This document shows, one piece after another, positions 1-13,192 of a stretch of 64,000 nucleotides of DNA. Numbering within the stretch: the first letter of the stretch is position 1; the number at the start of each line of letters is the position of its first letter. The stretch is taken from positions 81,716,001-81,780,000 of the forward strand of contig CM060731.1 of NCBI GenBank assembly GCA_030704615.1, given 5' to 3'. Below the pieces are notes generated by a model, which saw nothing but the letters and a program-made list of their open reading frames with translations, was not told where the DNA came from and ran no database searches. The position numbers and the translations under genes were made by a program. Source of the DNA: Takakia lepidozioides. Its lineage: Eukaryota; Plantae; Bryophyta.

Positions 1-410
1 AAGACTCACCGCGACTCATCACCGGGAGTCGAGGGTTTTCGTGGTGGTTCGCCATAAAATGGCATGGTTGTTTGTGAAACCCCCGCGGACAGCTACAGAA
101 GTATATATAGGGAGTAGTAACCCCGAGAACGGTGCAAGCCCGTTGGTGACCAAAAACTAGTGAGTAAGCGAGCGAGCCGGAAAGCGACCAAAGAGTGGGG
201 AGCTGTTCCGGACTGCCAACTACGTAAAGGGAATTCCCGCTGGGCCCAAATCGGTGGAGGGTTCTTTGGGAGATCAAAGGGGGACCGTTATGCCCCGGTG
301 AGCAGCCGAAGCTCCAAGTTGGCCCGGCGGCCAGGTTGGGAGTTAGGCGCGCGCATCAAAGCGAGTAACTATGACTTGAAGGGGAGCTTACCGAAGTGAG
401 GTGCGCGACA
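1..410 (+). repeat. G1 5' LTR (3' part only)
   Basis: Matches 6249-6658; ends ...GCGCGACA just before the PBS. Confidence 0.95.
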
Positions 411-412
411 TT

Positions 413-424
413 TGGTATCAGAGC
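413..424 (+). promoter_or_regulatory. Primer binding site (tRNA-iMet) of G1
   Basis: TGGTATCAGAGC 2 nt after the LTR end. Confidence 0.93.
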
Positions 425-465
425 TTAGAGTTCAGTACGTGATCGTCCTTGGGATTGGCCTCATC

Positions 466-1544
466 ATGGGGTCGGGCAAGCCAAAGCGAAAGCGGAACAG
501 CCCAAAAGATGATGATCTTGGTGAGCCCGATGGGGGCGACGTGTCACCGAGGCGGCCGTTTGAGGAAGCGATGCATGTTTCCGAAAACGAGGCCGCTCAA
601 GAGCGGGAGGAATCCGAGGAGTTGGAGCTCGAGGAATCCCTGAGAGCTCCGACCGACCAACAGATGCCTCCCATGCCGGCAGCCTTTTGGGAAGGGTTGT
701 TGGCGCAGTTTGGCGGGACGCTGAAAGACGTGTTGAAGGCGGCTAATGCCACTTCCACTAAGGCAAAGTTTAAGGTGAAGCCTAAGGAACCCGGCACCTT
801 CGAAGGTGTCCGAAATCGGAAGGCACCACACACCTGGCTCCTGGAGCTAGAGCAATACTTCTGGGCGGCCAAGTTGAGTGACAAGGATCGGGTGGAAGTG
901 GCTCCCACCTATTTGAGGGGCTATGCTCAACAATAGTGGCAGAAACGCCTTCACGACCGAGGTCCAAGCCCGGAAACCTTGAACTGGAGTGGGTTCAAGG
1001 ATTGATGAAGAGACAGTTTGTGCCCCTCAACGCGTCTTGGCTTGCCCGGGACAAGATGAGGAATTTGAAGCAAACAGATGACATTCGGGGATATGTCCAG
1101 GCTTTCAATGTGCTTTTGCTCGAAGTCGCGGACATGGCAGAACCAGAAATGGTTTTCAACTTTGTGGCGGGACTGGCCCCATGGGCCAGGCGGAAGTTGG
1201 AGGAGAAGCCACCTAAGACTTTGAACGAGGCAATTGAGAGGGCTGAATGTTTCTCGGATGTCCCTAGGGGTGAAAGACAAGGCCGTACGGAGCTGAACCA
1301 CAAGAGACCCCGCGCGGAAGGTGACCCCTTCCGACCGGAAAAGAAGTGGGATAGGCCACGCGGCGACAATGGCACGTGGAAATCAAAGGGAGGGCCTTCA
1401 CACGTCAAGGCGGTACCCAGTGCTTCGAAAGGAAAAGCGGGTGGAGCGGCTTATGGCGGACAGAAGACCACCTTTGATGGAGCGTGTTTCAATTGCGGGG
1501 AGCCCGGGCACATGGCCAAGAAATGCACAAACCTCGACAATTGA
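466..1544 (+). pseudogene. gag: G1 gag (stop/frameshift near 934)
   Basis: KPKEPGTFEG..WLLELEQYF capsid-like region; CCHC knuckle CFNCGEPGHMAKKC. Confidence 0.9.
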
Positions 1545-1679
1545 ACATGACTCGGGCAACCACGAAGCTGCGGAAGATACCATCAGTCGCTTGGTGGAAG
1601 CGGTGGTCGCCAGGACTTGCAAGGTAGGCAACTATTCTTGTGAGTTGTATCAGGAAACTGACGCCCTACGTAAAGGGAG

Positions 1680-4600
1680 TCAGTTATTGTTTGTGGATGG
1701 GATAATATCCGGAACTAATGTGTCGTTGTTGGTTGACACAGGAGCGTCGCACTCCTTCATGACGCCGGCGGCGGCGCAAAAGTTGGGACTCCCGACAAGT
1801 GACGTGGGGGCCTCTATTGAGGTGCGTTCTGCCAAGGAGAACCACAACTGGCGACAAGGTTGGCATTTGATGTTCCTCTTCAACTGGGGAGTTGGGAGGG
1901 ACGTGAGAACTTCACCATCTGCGAGATCGATGGAGTGGATCTCATTTTGGGGATGACCTTTTTGAGCAAATCCGGAGCGGTCATAGATGGCCGCAAGAGA
2001 GTAGTCACACTGCCATGTGGGAATGGTGGCGAGGTCTTACGAGTGTCAGAAACGCCCAAACCCGTGGGAGGGCGAATAAGCCTTATGTCAGCAAGGGAGT
2101 GGGCCGTGGAGGAGGCACACGAGCCCCAGTTTTTGCTCTACATTAGAGAAGTGAAGGGGGAAGGCGATGGGGAGCCGAGCCCAGATTGGATCAAGGGGAT
2201 TTTGGAGAAATACTAGGATGTGATGCCGGAGGATTTACCAAGCGGTTTTGCCACCGCGAAGAGGAGTTGACCACAAGATTGAGGTGATACCGGGATTGGA
2301 ACCGCCTGCCAAGGCGCCCTACCGGTTGAGCCACAGAGAGTTGGTCGAGCTGAAGACTCAGCTCAAAGATCTAATGTCAAAGGGGTACATCCGGCCGAGT
2401 AAGTCACCTTACGGAGCCCCGGTGCTATTTGCAGATAAAAAGGATGGGACGCTGCGGATGTATGTCGATTACAGGGCTCTGAATAAGGTGACTATAAAAA
2501 ACCGGTACCCTTTGTCAAGGATCGACGACCTCTTCGATCGGTTGGCAGGAGCGAAGTATTTCAGCCGGATCGACTTGCGCTCCGGCTATCATCAAATTCG
2601 GGTGGCGGAAGGAGATGAGGAGAAGACCGCGTGCAGGACAAGGTATGGTTCATATGAGTTCTTGGTGATGCCTTTTGGGCTCACCAATGCACCAGCGACA
2701 TTTAGCACGCTGATGAACAACCTTTTTCAGGAGTGGTTGGATGACTTTGTGATCGTGTACATCGACGACATCTTGGTGTACTCGAAAACAAAGGAGGAGC
2801 ATCTGGAGCACCTGAAAAGGGTGTTCCAAAAATTGCGGGAAGGGAAGCTATACGCCAAAGCTTCAAAGTGCGAATTCGGGGTCACGAAAGTGGAGTTCTT
2901 GGGGCATGTGATTACACAGGATGGGATCAAAATGGATGACAGAAAGGTGAGGGCGATCTTGGACTGGGAGCCTCCGACTTCGGTCCCCGGAGTGCGATCC
3001 TTCCTAGGACTCGCCTCCTATTACCGGAAGTATATGAGAAATTTCGCCAAGATCGCGGGGCCGCTGTCGGACCTTCTGTGTAAATCCAAAGTCTGGGTAT
3101 AGAACACCTTTTGTGGCCAAGCTTTTGCTGAATTAAAGCAGCGGATGGTGGAAGCTCCAGTCTTGAAAATCCCGGAGTTCGATCGTCCGTTCGAGATTCA
3201 TACGGATGCGTCGGACTTCGCGATTGGGGGTGTACTTATGCAAGATGGACGTCCAGTGGCTTACGAAAGTAAGAAACTAAATGAAGTGGAGCGACGGTGG
3301 CCGACGCACGAAAAAAAGATGAAGGCGGTGGTGCATTGCCTTGAGCTTTGGCGCCACTATGTTGGTTCCAACCCAGTGAAGGTGTTCACGGACAATGTTA
3401 CGGTGAAGTATTTTGCCACGCAGCCCAAATTGTCCCCAAAACAACTTAGGTGGCAAGATACTTTGGCAGTGTTTGACGTGGATATCCAGTACAAACCGGG
3501 ACGTGACAATGTGGTGGCCGATGCTTTAAGTAGAAAGCAGCAGCTCATGTTGGTGTACAGGGGCGAGACGGCGCTCCAAAGGAAGATCCGGAAAGCTTGC
3601 CGGAAGGATGAGCTTGCAAAATCCATGATGCAGGACTTGAGTAGGGGGGTTAAATCGCAGTTCCACTTACAAAATGGACTGCTCCGGTATAAGCAAAAGC
3701 GTCTCTACGTGCCGAAGTGAGGGATCAGAGATAGTCTCTTGAGATAATGCCATGATAGCCCGCTTGCGGGCCACGGCGGAGCCAAGCGCACTGCAGCACT
3801 CTTGAAGAAAGAGTATTTCTGGCCCAAATTGAGGGAGGAGGCAGAGGAGTATGTCAAGACATGCACCACATGCCAACAAAACTGGAGCGAGTACAAAAAG
3901 CAAGCGGGGCTGTTACAACCCTTGCCGATTCCAGAGGGGACTTGGGAAAGCGTCTTGATGGATTTCATGACTACTATGCCGCTGTCAAAAGGATTCGATG
4001 CAATCATGGTGGTGGTGGATAGGTTCAGTAAAATGGGCCATTTCATCCCCACCAAGGAGACGGCAATGGCGCAGGAGACAGGGCGACTTTACTTCGCCCA
4101 CGTCTTAAAGCATCATGGAGTCCCAAAGGATATTGTCTCGGACCGCGATCCAAAGTTTACGAGTAAATTTTGGAGGACACTTTGGAAGAAGATGGGGACG
4201 AGGCTGAAGATGAGCACCGCCTTCCGACCTACGACCGACGGCCAAACGGAAAGAGCGAATTCCGTAGTGAAGCAGATCTTGCGGAATTACGTGTCGGCAG
4301 ACCAATCAGACTGGGTGGAACACTTAGACGCGGTAGAGTTCTATTATAATAACACAGAACACTCTGCAACGGGAGTTTCCCCTTTTGTATTGGCTATGGA
4401 AAAGCACCTCTGGTGCCGACAAGTTGGGCCGCCCAGGACGTTGAGGAACCGGCAGTAGCGGCGGTACTGGAAGAACGCGAGCGTTTGTTGAAGCTCGCAA
4501 AGTACATCATTGCCAAAGCTAGGAAACGGTATGAAAGGCTGGCAAATTGGAAGCGGAGGGAAGTGAAGTTTGAGGCAGGCACGGAGGTCTGGTTGAACAT

Positions 4601-5023
4601 CAAGAATTTCCGACTACCTCCGGAAGTGAGTCCAAAGTTCGTACCTCCGTATGCGGGACTCTTTCGCATCCGGAAGGTTATGAATGAGGATGTGTATGAA
4701 TTGGAGCTACCGGCAAACAACAAGGTGCATCCAGTATTCCACGTCTCCCTTTTGAAGCCTTACTTCAAAGATGAAGCGCGTCCGAATCGGCATCAAGTGT
4801 TGCGTCCGCCACCTGTGCTGTTGGATCATGAAAATGAACCTGAGTACGAGGTGGAGGCAGTACTTAAGTCGAGGAGGTTCAAGAACCGAGAAACGGAGTA
4901 TCTCGTCAAATGAAAGGGCTATCATCATGTGGAGGCATCTTGGGTGCGTGCCTCAGAAATGGGAAACGCATCCGAGGCGGTTGCAGTTTTTGAAGGGCGA
5001 CCTCAAAAGCGGAAGAAGCGTTG
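1680..5023 (+). pseudogene. pol: G1 pol: protease, RT, RNase H, integrase, chromodomain (disrupted)
   Basis: LVDTGASHSF; [17 protein letters not shown] and YIDD; TDASDFAIGGVL; HGGAKRT..CTTCQ, VSDRDPKF, DGQTERAN; chromodomain YEVEAVLKSRR..EYLVK*KGYHHVEASW. Confidence 0.95.
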
Positions 5024-5047
5024 ATGGGGACATCAACCTTGGAGCGT

Positions 5048-5058
5048 GGGGGAGGAAA
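5048..5058 (+). promoter_or_regulatory. Polypurine tract of G1
   Basis: GGGGGAGGAAA followed by TG. Confidence 0.8.
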
Positions 5059-6658
5059 TGCATGCTTAGCCCGGCTAAGCTAGCTCAGGAATCCAATTGC
5101 AAAAACCTGTATTGTACAAAAATTTGTTATAAAAGAAATGGGTTCCAAATGTTGTGTGTCTTATTTTGTTTGGAATGATGATGCATGGTGTGGTTGGCTA
5201 GTGTGTAGAATGCATGCTAGCTTACAAAAGTGGGAGAGGTAAATTGGGTTAGTCGTGTGTTTGCGCAGTGCCGAAATCGGGTGACTCCCATCCAAGGGGC
5301 AAGGAAACATGCGCCTTCTTTGGGAGTTCACGTGCTAGTGCGCACCTGGCGCGTGCGCGTACTATAACTGCGCTACCGAGGTGGTTGCCTTGTAGTGCGG
5401 GCTAACGCGGAAGCTACGTGCTTCCGTTCACGTACTATAATCGTGCAGCCTCGGGACGAAGTCGTAGTGCGGCTTCGACGTGTTCCCGTACCTCAGGCCA
5501 GCATTCCAAGACGGACCCAATTGTAGTGATTGGGGCGCACGGTTGGTTCAAGGTTATCTTCCTAGTCAAAGGGGGTTCGAGGTGAACCCTTGCGCAAGGT
5601 GATGCCAAAAGCGGCATCATGAGCGATCGCAAGCAATGTTGTTGCAGTAAGGCGATTCGATCCTCGGGGAGGATGGTTCCTTGGCCTTGAAGTAGGCCAA
5701 GAAGAGTGCACTGGGAGGAGTTTGAGAGGCTCCACCCCTGACCGGGACTTGGAGGAAGTCAGCCGAACTAGCTAGTGGAGAGTAGAGTCAAGTGTGGGGT
5801 TTGGTTCTTTGCCATGGGACGCCATGGTACGGAAACAAACTCCTTGATGTGGGACGCCACAACTTGGATGTTCGTTTCTACAAAATGGACAAGTCGATGA
5901 GGACATCGACTCCCTGTTGGTAGGGGTGTGTGTCGCGGCCCTTTGCCTTGAGGGCAGGGGGTCGGGACACATGAGGGGCTGCCCCTGTGGTGGGGGCAGT
6001 GGCAGCGATAGGTATGGGGGGCTGAAGCACCCTTGAGTGCCCAAGGCACTCAAGGAGGCGGAGGTGCTCACTAGGTGGAGCCCCGCACACCGGGATGCGG
6101 TGGGGGTGGCTTCACAAAGAGGTGGTGGTAGCTTAGCGGGACTTAGTGGGGGTGGCATAGGACTCACCTTGGGGCGGAGACCTCGTGGTGGGAGTCGTGG
6201 GGAGTCTTGGGACTCATCACGGTCCATAGGGGCCGTGGTGGGTGGGCCAAGACTCACCGCGACTCATCACCGGGAGTCGAGGGTTTTCGTGGTGGTTCGC
6301 CATAAAATGGCATGGTTGTTTGTGAAACCCCCGCGGACAGCTACAGAAGTATATATAGGGAGTAGTAACCCCGAGAACGGTGCAAGCCCGTTGGTGACCA
6401 AAAACTAGTGAGTAAGCGAGCGAGCCGGAAAGCGACCAAAGAGTGGGGAGCTGTTCCGGACTGCCAACTACGTAAAGGGAATTCCCGCTGGGCCCAAATC
6501 GGTGGAGGGTTCTTTGGGAGATCAAAGGGGGACCGTTATGCCCCGGTGAGCAGCCGAAGCTCCAAGTTGGCCCGGCGGCCAGGTTGGGAGTTAGGCGCGC
6601 GCATCAAAGCGAGTAACTATGACTTGAAGGGGAGCTTACCGAAGTGAGGTGCGCGACA
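5059..6658 (+). repeat. G1 3' LTR (~1.6 kb)
   Basis: TG after the PPT, ends in CA; last 410 bp match the window start. Confidence 0.88.
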
Positions 6659-8200
6659 CCAAGTCTGTATCCATGCACGAAACCAGTTTCCAATTTTGTA
6701 ATGTCATGGGAAAGTGGAGGACGCACAACAAGCATAGATATCATCCGGCATAGTAGGATGTCAAGACGCCCTCCAGAGACGAGCATGTCCCTAATAACCT
6801 CCTGAGAGTTTACCTACTGGAATGACATGAGTTCTTTCACCTTGTCAAGGTAGTGCACTTCAGGTTCATCTGTTTCATCGCTATTCTCTAAGCTCTTGGC
6901 AGACTCGTCCCCATCTCCAGAACCTTTTGCATCTGTTCCTATCTGCTTGGACTTCACAGTTTTCTGCATGATGCCATGTCAATCAGACACTGAGTAATGT
7001 GCAAACAGTGAATGTCGGTACCGACCATCAGTCTGTCTTGTTTCAAATCATAGTGAATGGCGGTACCGACATTCACAACCATCTACACAAACAAAGCTGA
7101 TACAGACGAATGCAAACCAAGACACTATGAGTACATAGTGATGGTCGGTACCGACAATCACTATGTTTCTGGGCAAGCAGGTACAGAAAGGTTATGAGCA
7201 TTAGCGAACGGCGTTAATGACAATAAAAAAATATTACATTTGAAAGACCTACAAGATCGGTTTGGTGCAAGGAAATATATCTCATAGTGATTGGCGGCAC
7301 CGACACTCACTTTACTTGGAACAGAAAGTGAGTGCACAGAAGTCTATGTTTTCTAAACTTTGCAATCGTTTTTAGACATGAAGCTACAGTATGGTCTCAA
7401 GAAAAGTGATTGGCGGTACCGCCATTCCTCTTCCCTAGTCTGTTCAACCTGAAACAGAGAAAATGCAATGCAAGATAATATGATTGAATATGCCAACCAT
7501 CACTCTCTCTCCACGCACAGGTACAGGAAGCTCACGAGAAAAATCGAATGGCGTTAACAACACTCACACTACACTAGAATGGAAAACATTGCGTTTGGTG
7601 TAAGTCAATATTGAAACATTGTTACTTTCGGCACCGACACTCACTTTCTGTTGTATTAGAATGAGAGTTCTGAAATGAAAGAGAATGACGTTGCCGACAA
7701 TCACAGGTTCCTGCTACAGAATGAAAGAGAAAGAGTGTTGGAAAGGCAATCAGACTGACTCTATGATCTGAAGAACAGTGAATGGCGGTACCGCCAGTCA
7801 CAAACATGCGATATGGAAAACCATAAACAGAGGAGTACAAAGCAAATCAACATGACTTCAAAGTAACGGTCGGTACCGACCACCACGTTCTGGGTCATTT
7901 CACTCACTCACTTCGTAGATTTGTAAGCACGAAATTGAAGGGTGGAGAACACTTACTGGCGCCTTCTTCGGTTTTGAGTTTGAATCCCCTTCTGCAGCTT
8001 TCCTCTTCCCCTTCACATCTGTCGGAATTCCTGTCTGCTCTAGGGTTTGTAGACCTTATCCCGGTTCTGCGATTTCCGGACTTCCACCTCCTTCAGTTTC
8101 CTTGCGAATCATCTCTTCTTCCACAGTCTGGTTTCCAACGCTCACTGTTCCCTCTGGTTGTGCAGAGCAAGAGAGCAAATGACGAGTCGTCGTTTGATGG
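6659..8200 (-). pseudogene. Copy A ParB-MTase gene, 5' exons, interrupted by G1
   Basis: MLVSGGRLDILLCRMISMLVVRPPLSHDITKLETGFVHGYRLG stops at the G1 LTR; nearly the same peptide as ORF 50129-50638; first exon ends KPKKAP then GTAAG as in copy B. Confidence 0.88.
7008..7890. repeat. Dispersed ~24-bp palindromes GTGAATG(G/T)CG-GTAC-CG(A/C)CATTCAC in intron 1 of copy A
   Basis: Copies at 7008, 7053, 7138, 7287, 7406, 7778 and 7868, plus a degenerate one near 7546. Confidence 0.85.
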
Positions 8201-9217
8201 AGAACACAGGGCCACGGCAGTAGGTGAATGCGGAGATTGCAACACAAGAGCAGACCGAGCTCTCTCTAAAGGAAGTAAAATAAAGTGACTTCCTTCTCTT
8301 TCGTATCGTAGAAGGAACCCTCTCCAGCTTGACTACCTCTCTCCCTCTAAGTACGGAAACAAGAAAGACAAAGTGACTCTCGATTTCTTGCGGAGTTGCG
8401 TGCGTTGGGGATTGTCTCTAGAAGCATCGGATTCCCTCTCGCTCGACCATTACACAAATATCATTCCCTTATTAGTACATCTGCCAGCCATTAGTGGACA
8501 GCTGTTCGTCTGCAATGTAGTTATTGATGTCTGACGTGTATCGCCCAAAATGAACGGCGTGTCGTTTATTTGAAGGGTTTCAATAATTGAATATAACAGC
8601 GACAAATATTATAAATGAATATAACATTGTAAATAAAAAATTAGCTGGTCTGACTGCTCAACCTCAGACAATGCATATGCCATCAGAACAATAACACCAT
8701 GAAATATGGGGCCATCTGGCGCACAATCTCAGACAAATATATGTAAGTGAACGAGTGTTTGATGACAAATTTGGATATCATACACATTCATCCTTGTAAG
8801 CCCACCCCACGTTCGTTTCACAGTTTGGAGTTTCCAAAGGCGCATGATCAATGATACTGTTATAAAGATGCATATACTTCATCTTTTATCCCACCCTCAG
8901 ATCATTTGGCACACTTCTGAGAAGTCGGCTGGTTATTATGTTAATTGATGACGTTCTGAATAAAGGTGTAACAACTAACGAAATTGCTCCTATGGATACT
9001 TTGTCTACAGGGCCCACATAAAAAGTAATTAAAATAGATGGATGCATGTCTGGAAGAGCTTGCCAAAGGCAAAGAATAACAGAATGTGCACAATCATCGT
9101 GTGTACTTTCTCCGCGATATTATCTGTTCATTCTTCAACCGTGTTTTGGAGACCTCAGTCAACAGATTTCACTGAAGAGCTGCAATAGCAAGGGATCTTC
9201 GTACGAGAGGAGGCAAG

Positions 9218-9885
9218 ATGGCTTCCCTTGAAGCGGAGTTCTTCTCAGACGAGAAACCAGTGTTGTTCTCTAAGGAAGATTTGCAATTGTTCTGGAACAT
9301 GTCTTGGCTACCCGGTTTGAGCTTCAGGATGGCTCCATCTTCTTGGAGAAAGAGGTGTACGATTTGGACGGGAAGTTGTTGAAATACTCTTTCCAAAACC
9401 GTGATGAGACGGCTCATGTCAGCCAGTGGAGAGTGCGCCCTGGTAGATACAGAGTGCTTGGGGAGCCACGGCGAAAGTCCCTTGGATCATATGTGACGCC
9501 CGGGACTGCTGCTTCAGTCGTTGAAGAAAAGAGGGAGGTGATGGTGAAAAAAGAATAGACGTCCTCCACTCCAATCGTTGAGCTTTCAGATTCGTCCGAT
9601 GATGACATAAGTGAAATTCCAACTCCAGTCCGTCCTACTGTAGTTGTGGAAGCGGATGAAGAAGACATTTGTAGTGTCATTCCAAAACTACGGGCGATGG
9701 GAGGAATGGCAGGTTTCAAAAATGAGTTGCGAGGAATTGATTGGGAATCTTTGAAGCAAGTTCCTGTGAAGTTCCTGCCAGAGAGTTTTGATGGGGATAT
9801 CCTATTCGAGCTGCCTCCTCCTCCACGAGTTGGAGATATAACAAGCATGATGCACGGAATGGACAAGAAACACGACGGGCACCAG
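9218..9885 (+). pseudogene. Copy A transposase N-terminus (truncated)
   Basis: MASLEAEFFSDEKPV..FLPESFDGDILFELPP..MDKKHDGH, homologous to 48127-47490 of copy B; internal stop and frameshift. Confidence 0.87.
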
Positions 9886-10039
9886 AACACATTACTGTGC
9901 ATGGATGTAATTCTGGATTTTCTAAGCTTGATGATTGATGGATGGTGCCACTGTTAAGTGGCTGATATGTCTGTTTATTCTTTCATGACAACGACCCTAG
10001 GGGTCCTGTCTTTGTCTTGACATGACAAAAAGTATCTTC

Positions 10040-12610
10040 CCTCTCTTTTGTGCTGCTCACCAAAAAAAAAACCCCACAGAGGGAGAGAGGGGGTAGAAAA
10101 AGTTAAAAAGAGAGAGGGAGAGAGTGGGAAGATATTCATGTCATGTCATGACATGGACAAGACTCATTAGGGTCATTGTCAAGACATAAACAGCCGGCAC
10201 CATCTAACACTTCCAGTCTTGTCATAGCAGACCAAGTGACAACACCCATTCAATCATAATAAAATAGGGTGGGAGGGCGGGGTTTATTCATGTTCAAATT
10301 CCTGTAAGTAACCCAAGACATGCACCATGCAAGGCTCCTTGGGTAGTTAAGAATAGCATGCCCTGCTACAGATTCAGGGTATGTTCATACAAGCACCTTG
10401 AAGGACCAGCCTGCAATTTACCAGATTTCAAACATGCAACCAAGTAATCTTCTTGGGCATGACAAAACATATTGCAGCTTCACTCTTTGCCATTTGTAAG
10501 TACCCCAAGACATGCATCATGCAAGGCTCCTTGGGTAGGTAAGAACAGCTTGTCCTACTACAGACTCATGATATGTTCATACAAGTACCTTGAAGGACCA
10601 GCCTGCAATTAATCAGATTTCAAACATGCAACCAAGTAAACTTCTTGGGCATGACAAAACATATTGCAGCTTCACTCTTTGCCATTTGTAAGTACCCCAA
10701 GACATGCATCATGCAAGGCTTCTTGGGTAGGTAAGAACAGCCTGCCATACTACAGATTCAAGACATGTATACACAAGCATCTTGATGGACCAGCCTGCAG
10801 TTTATTAGATTCCAAACATGCAACCAAGTGACCCACTTGGGCAAGACAAGACAGACTGCAACTTCGTTCTTCACCATGTATAATTGCACCAAGACATGCA
10901 TCATGTAAGGCATTTTGGCATGGAAGAAAGGCCTGCCATATTACAGCTCCAAGATATGGACACACATACACTTTGAGTGCCCGAGACCAAGCCCACTTGG
11001 CCAAAAAATAAATCATACATTGCAAGTGCCTGGTCTGATGGCAAAATAAGGCAAATAATCTCTGGCGAAGGTCTAGTAGAGCTTACCAACACTGTTTTCC
11101 AGGAGGTTTATGCCAGTTTTTGCAAATAAAACCTCACTATTCTCCATTACACACCAAATCCAGGCCTGAAAGAGGTCTGTCATTGCCTTATCAGGCTGCC
11201 ATCTTTAAAAACAGGGCCTCCTCTTCCTTAGAACGCCACTGATTCCTTACCCATAAACCATAACTCATCTTTAAGGCCAAAACAATACCTAGCTTAATAA
11301 TCCATAGGCAATGCTGTCAAAGATTCAAGACAAGGTAAGGTCCAAATGCTGGGCTTGAAGAGACAAGCCTGTCAGGCCGAAGTGCTCCATCAAAGGCAGC
11401 AAAACATAAGTCAAAAGTAAGCATCGGCATGCCAAACCAGGAGCAAGCGGGCCAAAATCGAGGCTGCAGGCAGCAGCCAAGTAAAGACGCCATATACACT
11501 AGGTTCTCGTTGCCCACGTCCTTATCTGCAAGCTCAAGAGAATTCAAAGCAAGTAGGGATCCTCACCTGGTCCCATCACAAGCCCCCACAAAAACCAACA
11601 GGTTAGTGAGGATTGTGGAACCCCAGGTGAATCACAGACCCCTACACTTGTCATTGATGTCAACTAAGAACCTCAAAAGCAAGAGAGAAAGACATAAAGC
11701 AAAAGGAACCCTAATGACCAAAAGCACCTTGAGCGATTGGGGAAGATAACTGTGCGCCATTGCCACCAGCAAACCACCTCCAGCAAAGCTAAGGAGAAGT
11801 GAAGCATACAAGCACTCTTGCTAGGTATAAGAAGGGAGAGAGAGATACTTCCTGACACAAGCGCCGCTGCGAAAATTAAAAGCCAGAGGAGGGAAAGAGA
11901 CGATGCATTCACAACATTGTCTCCTACTTGTGAGAAGAGACAAAGCGCCACCATTGCGCATCCCCAGGAGATCGTCCAGCATGGGTACGATGCAGCAAAC
12001 AGGGTAACAGCAAAACGCAGACGCCATAACTCTCATCCCGCGAGCTCAGAAGCACGAGCAGTGCTTCTGACGGCGGGAGAGACACCCTAGGGCTCATGCC
12101 CGATTTTTCATCCGTGCAGGATGAGTAATCAACACCACATTTTTCGAAACCCGACGGATGTCATCCATTAGCTAGGTTTAAACAGTAGGTTATAGGGTAG
12201 GGGTTAGGGTTTCACTCCTTAATTAACCATAATTAAGGGTAATTAATCATCAGTCCAGGGCCATCATAAGCTGTACATTTCATCCGGTTCAGATGAAAAG
12301 CAATAAAAGAGGAATGAAAAAAATAATATCCTGGCATTTTTTATCCGGTATGGATGGAAAAATAGGATGCCAGTGGCAACCCCCACATAGGTAATTCCTC
12401 ATTCTCTGGTGACTCATCTGGTATGGATGAAAGTCAATAAAAGAGGAATGAAAAAATCAGAGACTCATCTTAAATCAGTGTCCACCCTGGTTAGTTCATC
12501 CGGTATGGATGAAAAATCATTATAGGACGGGTGAAAAAACTGCCAGAGTCCATCCGGTATGGATGAAAACACAGGAAATTAACACTGATAAAACTGGGCA
12601 ATTCCAAGGA
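10040..12610. repeat. Large tandem repeat, unit 1 (internal ~180-bp subrepeats, CATCC-N5-GGATG palindromes)
   Basis: Similar to 12836-13192 joined to 55611-57915; subrepeats AAGACATGCAYCATGCAAGGCT at ~10316, 10508, 10699. Confidence 0.8.
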
Positions 12611-12792
12611 TGGAGGGAGACAGAGGGAGAGAGGGGGCATCAAAGAAAAATAAATAAAAATAAAAAAATGTGGGAGGGGGGGGTAGTGACTAAGCAGCTG
12701 CCCCTCCCACATTTTTTTTATTTTTTATTTTTGTTTCCTGATCTCTCCCTCTCTCTCCCTCTCTCTGTCCCTCTCTGTCCCTCTGTCCTTCT

Positions 12793-12799
<7 letters not shown>

Positions 12800-12836
<37 letters not shown>
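12800..12836. repeat. (CT)n microsatellite
   Basis: Uninterrupted CT dinucleotide run. Confidence 0.9.
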
Positions 12837-12840
<4 letters not shown>

Positions 12841-13192
12841 CTTTTGTGCTGCTCACAAAAAAACAAACCACAGAGGGCGAAAGGGGCTAGAAAAGGTTAA
12901 AAAGAGAGAGGGAGAGAGTCGGAGAGAGAGGGAGAGGGAGAGAGGGAAGATACTCATGTCATGTCAAGACATGGACAAGACCAACTAGGGTCATTGTCAA
13001 TTAAAGACATAAACAGCCCCATGACAGGGCACCATCTAACCTGTCCAGTCTTGTCATAACACACCAAGTGACGCCACCCATTCAGTCATGATAAAACAGG
13101 GTGGGAGGGCGGGGTATGTTCATAATCAGATTCCTATCATGTACCCAAGTGACCCACTTGCACAATATAAATCAGATTGCATCCTCAGATTA

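Larger units (their letters stand above)
1..6658 (+). mobile_element. Ty3/Gypsy LTR retrotransposon G1 (chromovirus), decayed; 5' LTR cut by window edge
   Basis: 1-410 repeats at 6249-6658; PBS, gag, PR-RT-RH-IN-chromodomain order, PPT and 3' LTR present; several stops and frameshifts. Confidence 0.97.
6659..9885. mobile_element. MULE-ParB/MTase family copy A (partial, opposite orientation to copy B)
   Basis: Aligns by eye, inverted, to ~47090-50310 of copy B (ParB exon, intron, divergent intergenic region, transposase 5' end). Confidence 0.88.

Noticed and set aside
10300-11030. ~180-bp subrepeats as PPR or ankyrin coding remnants (ALHxAC)
   Set aside because: No sustained frame or additional consensus residues.
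12170-12215. Interstitial telomere (TTAGGG-like; also ~57380)
   Set aside because: Only one or two imperfect units; at most a telo-box.
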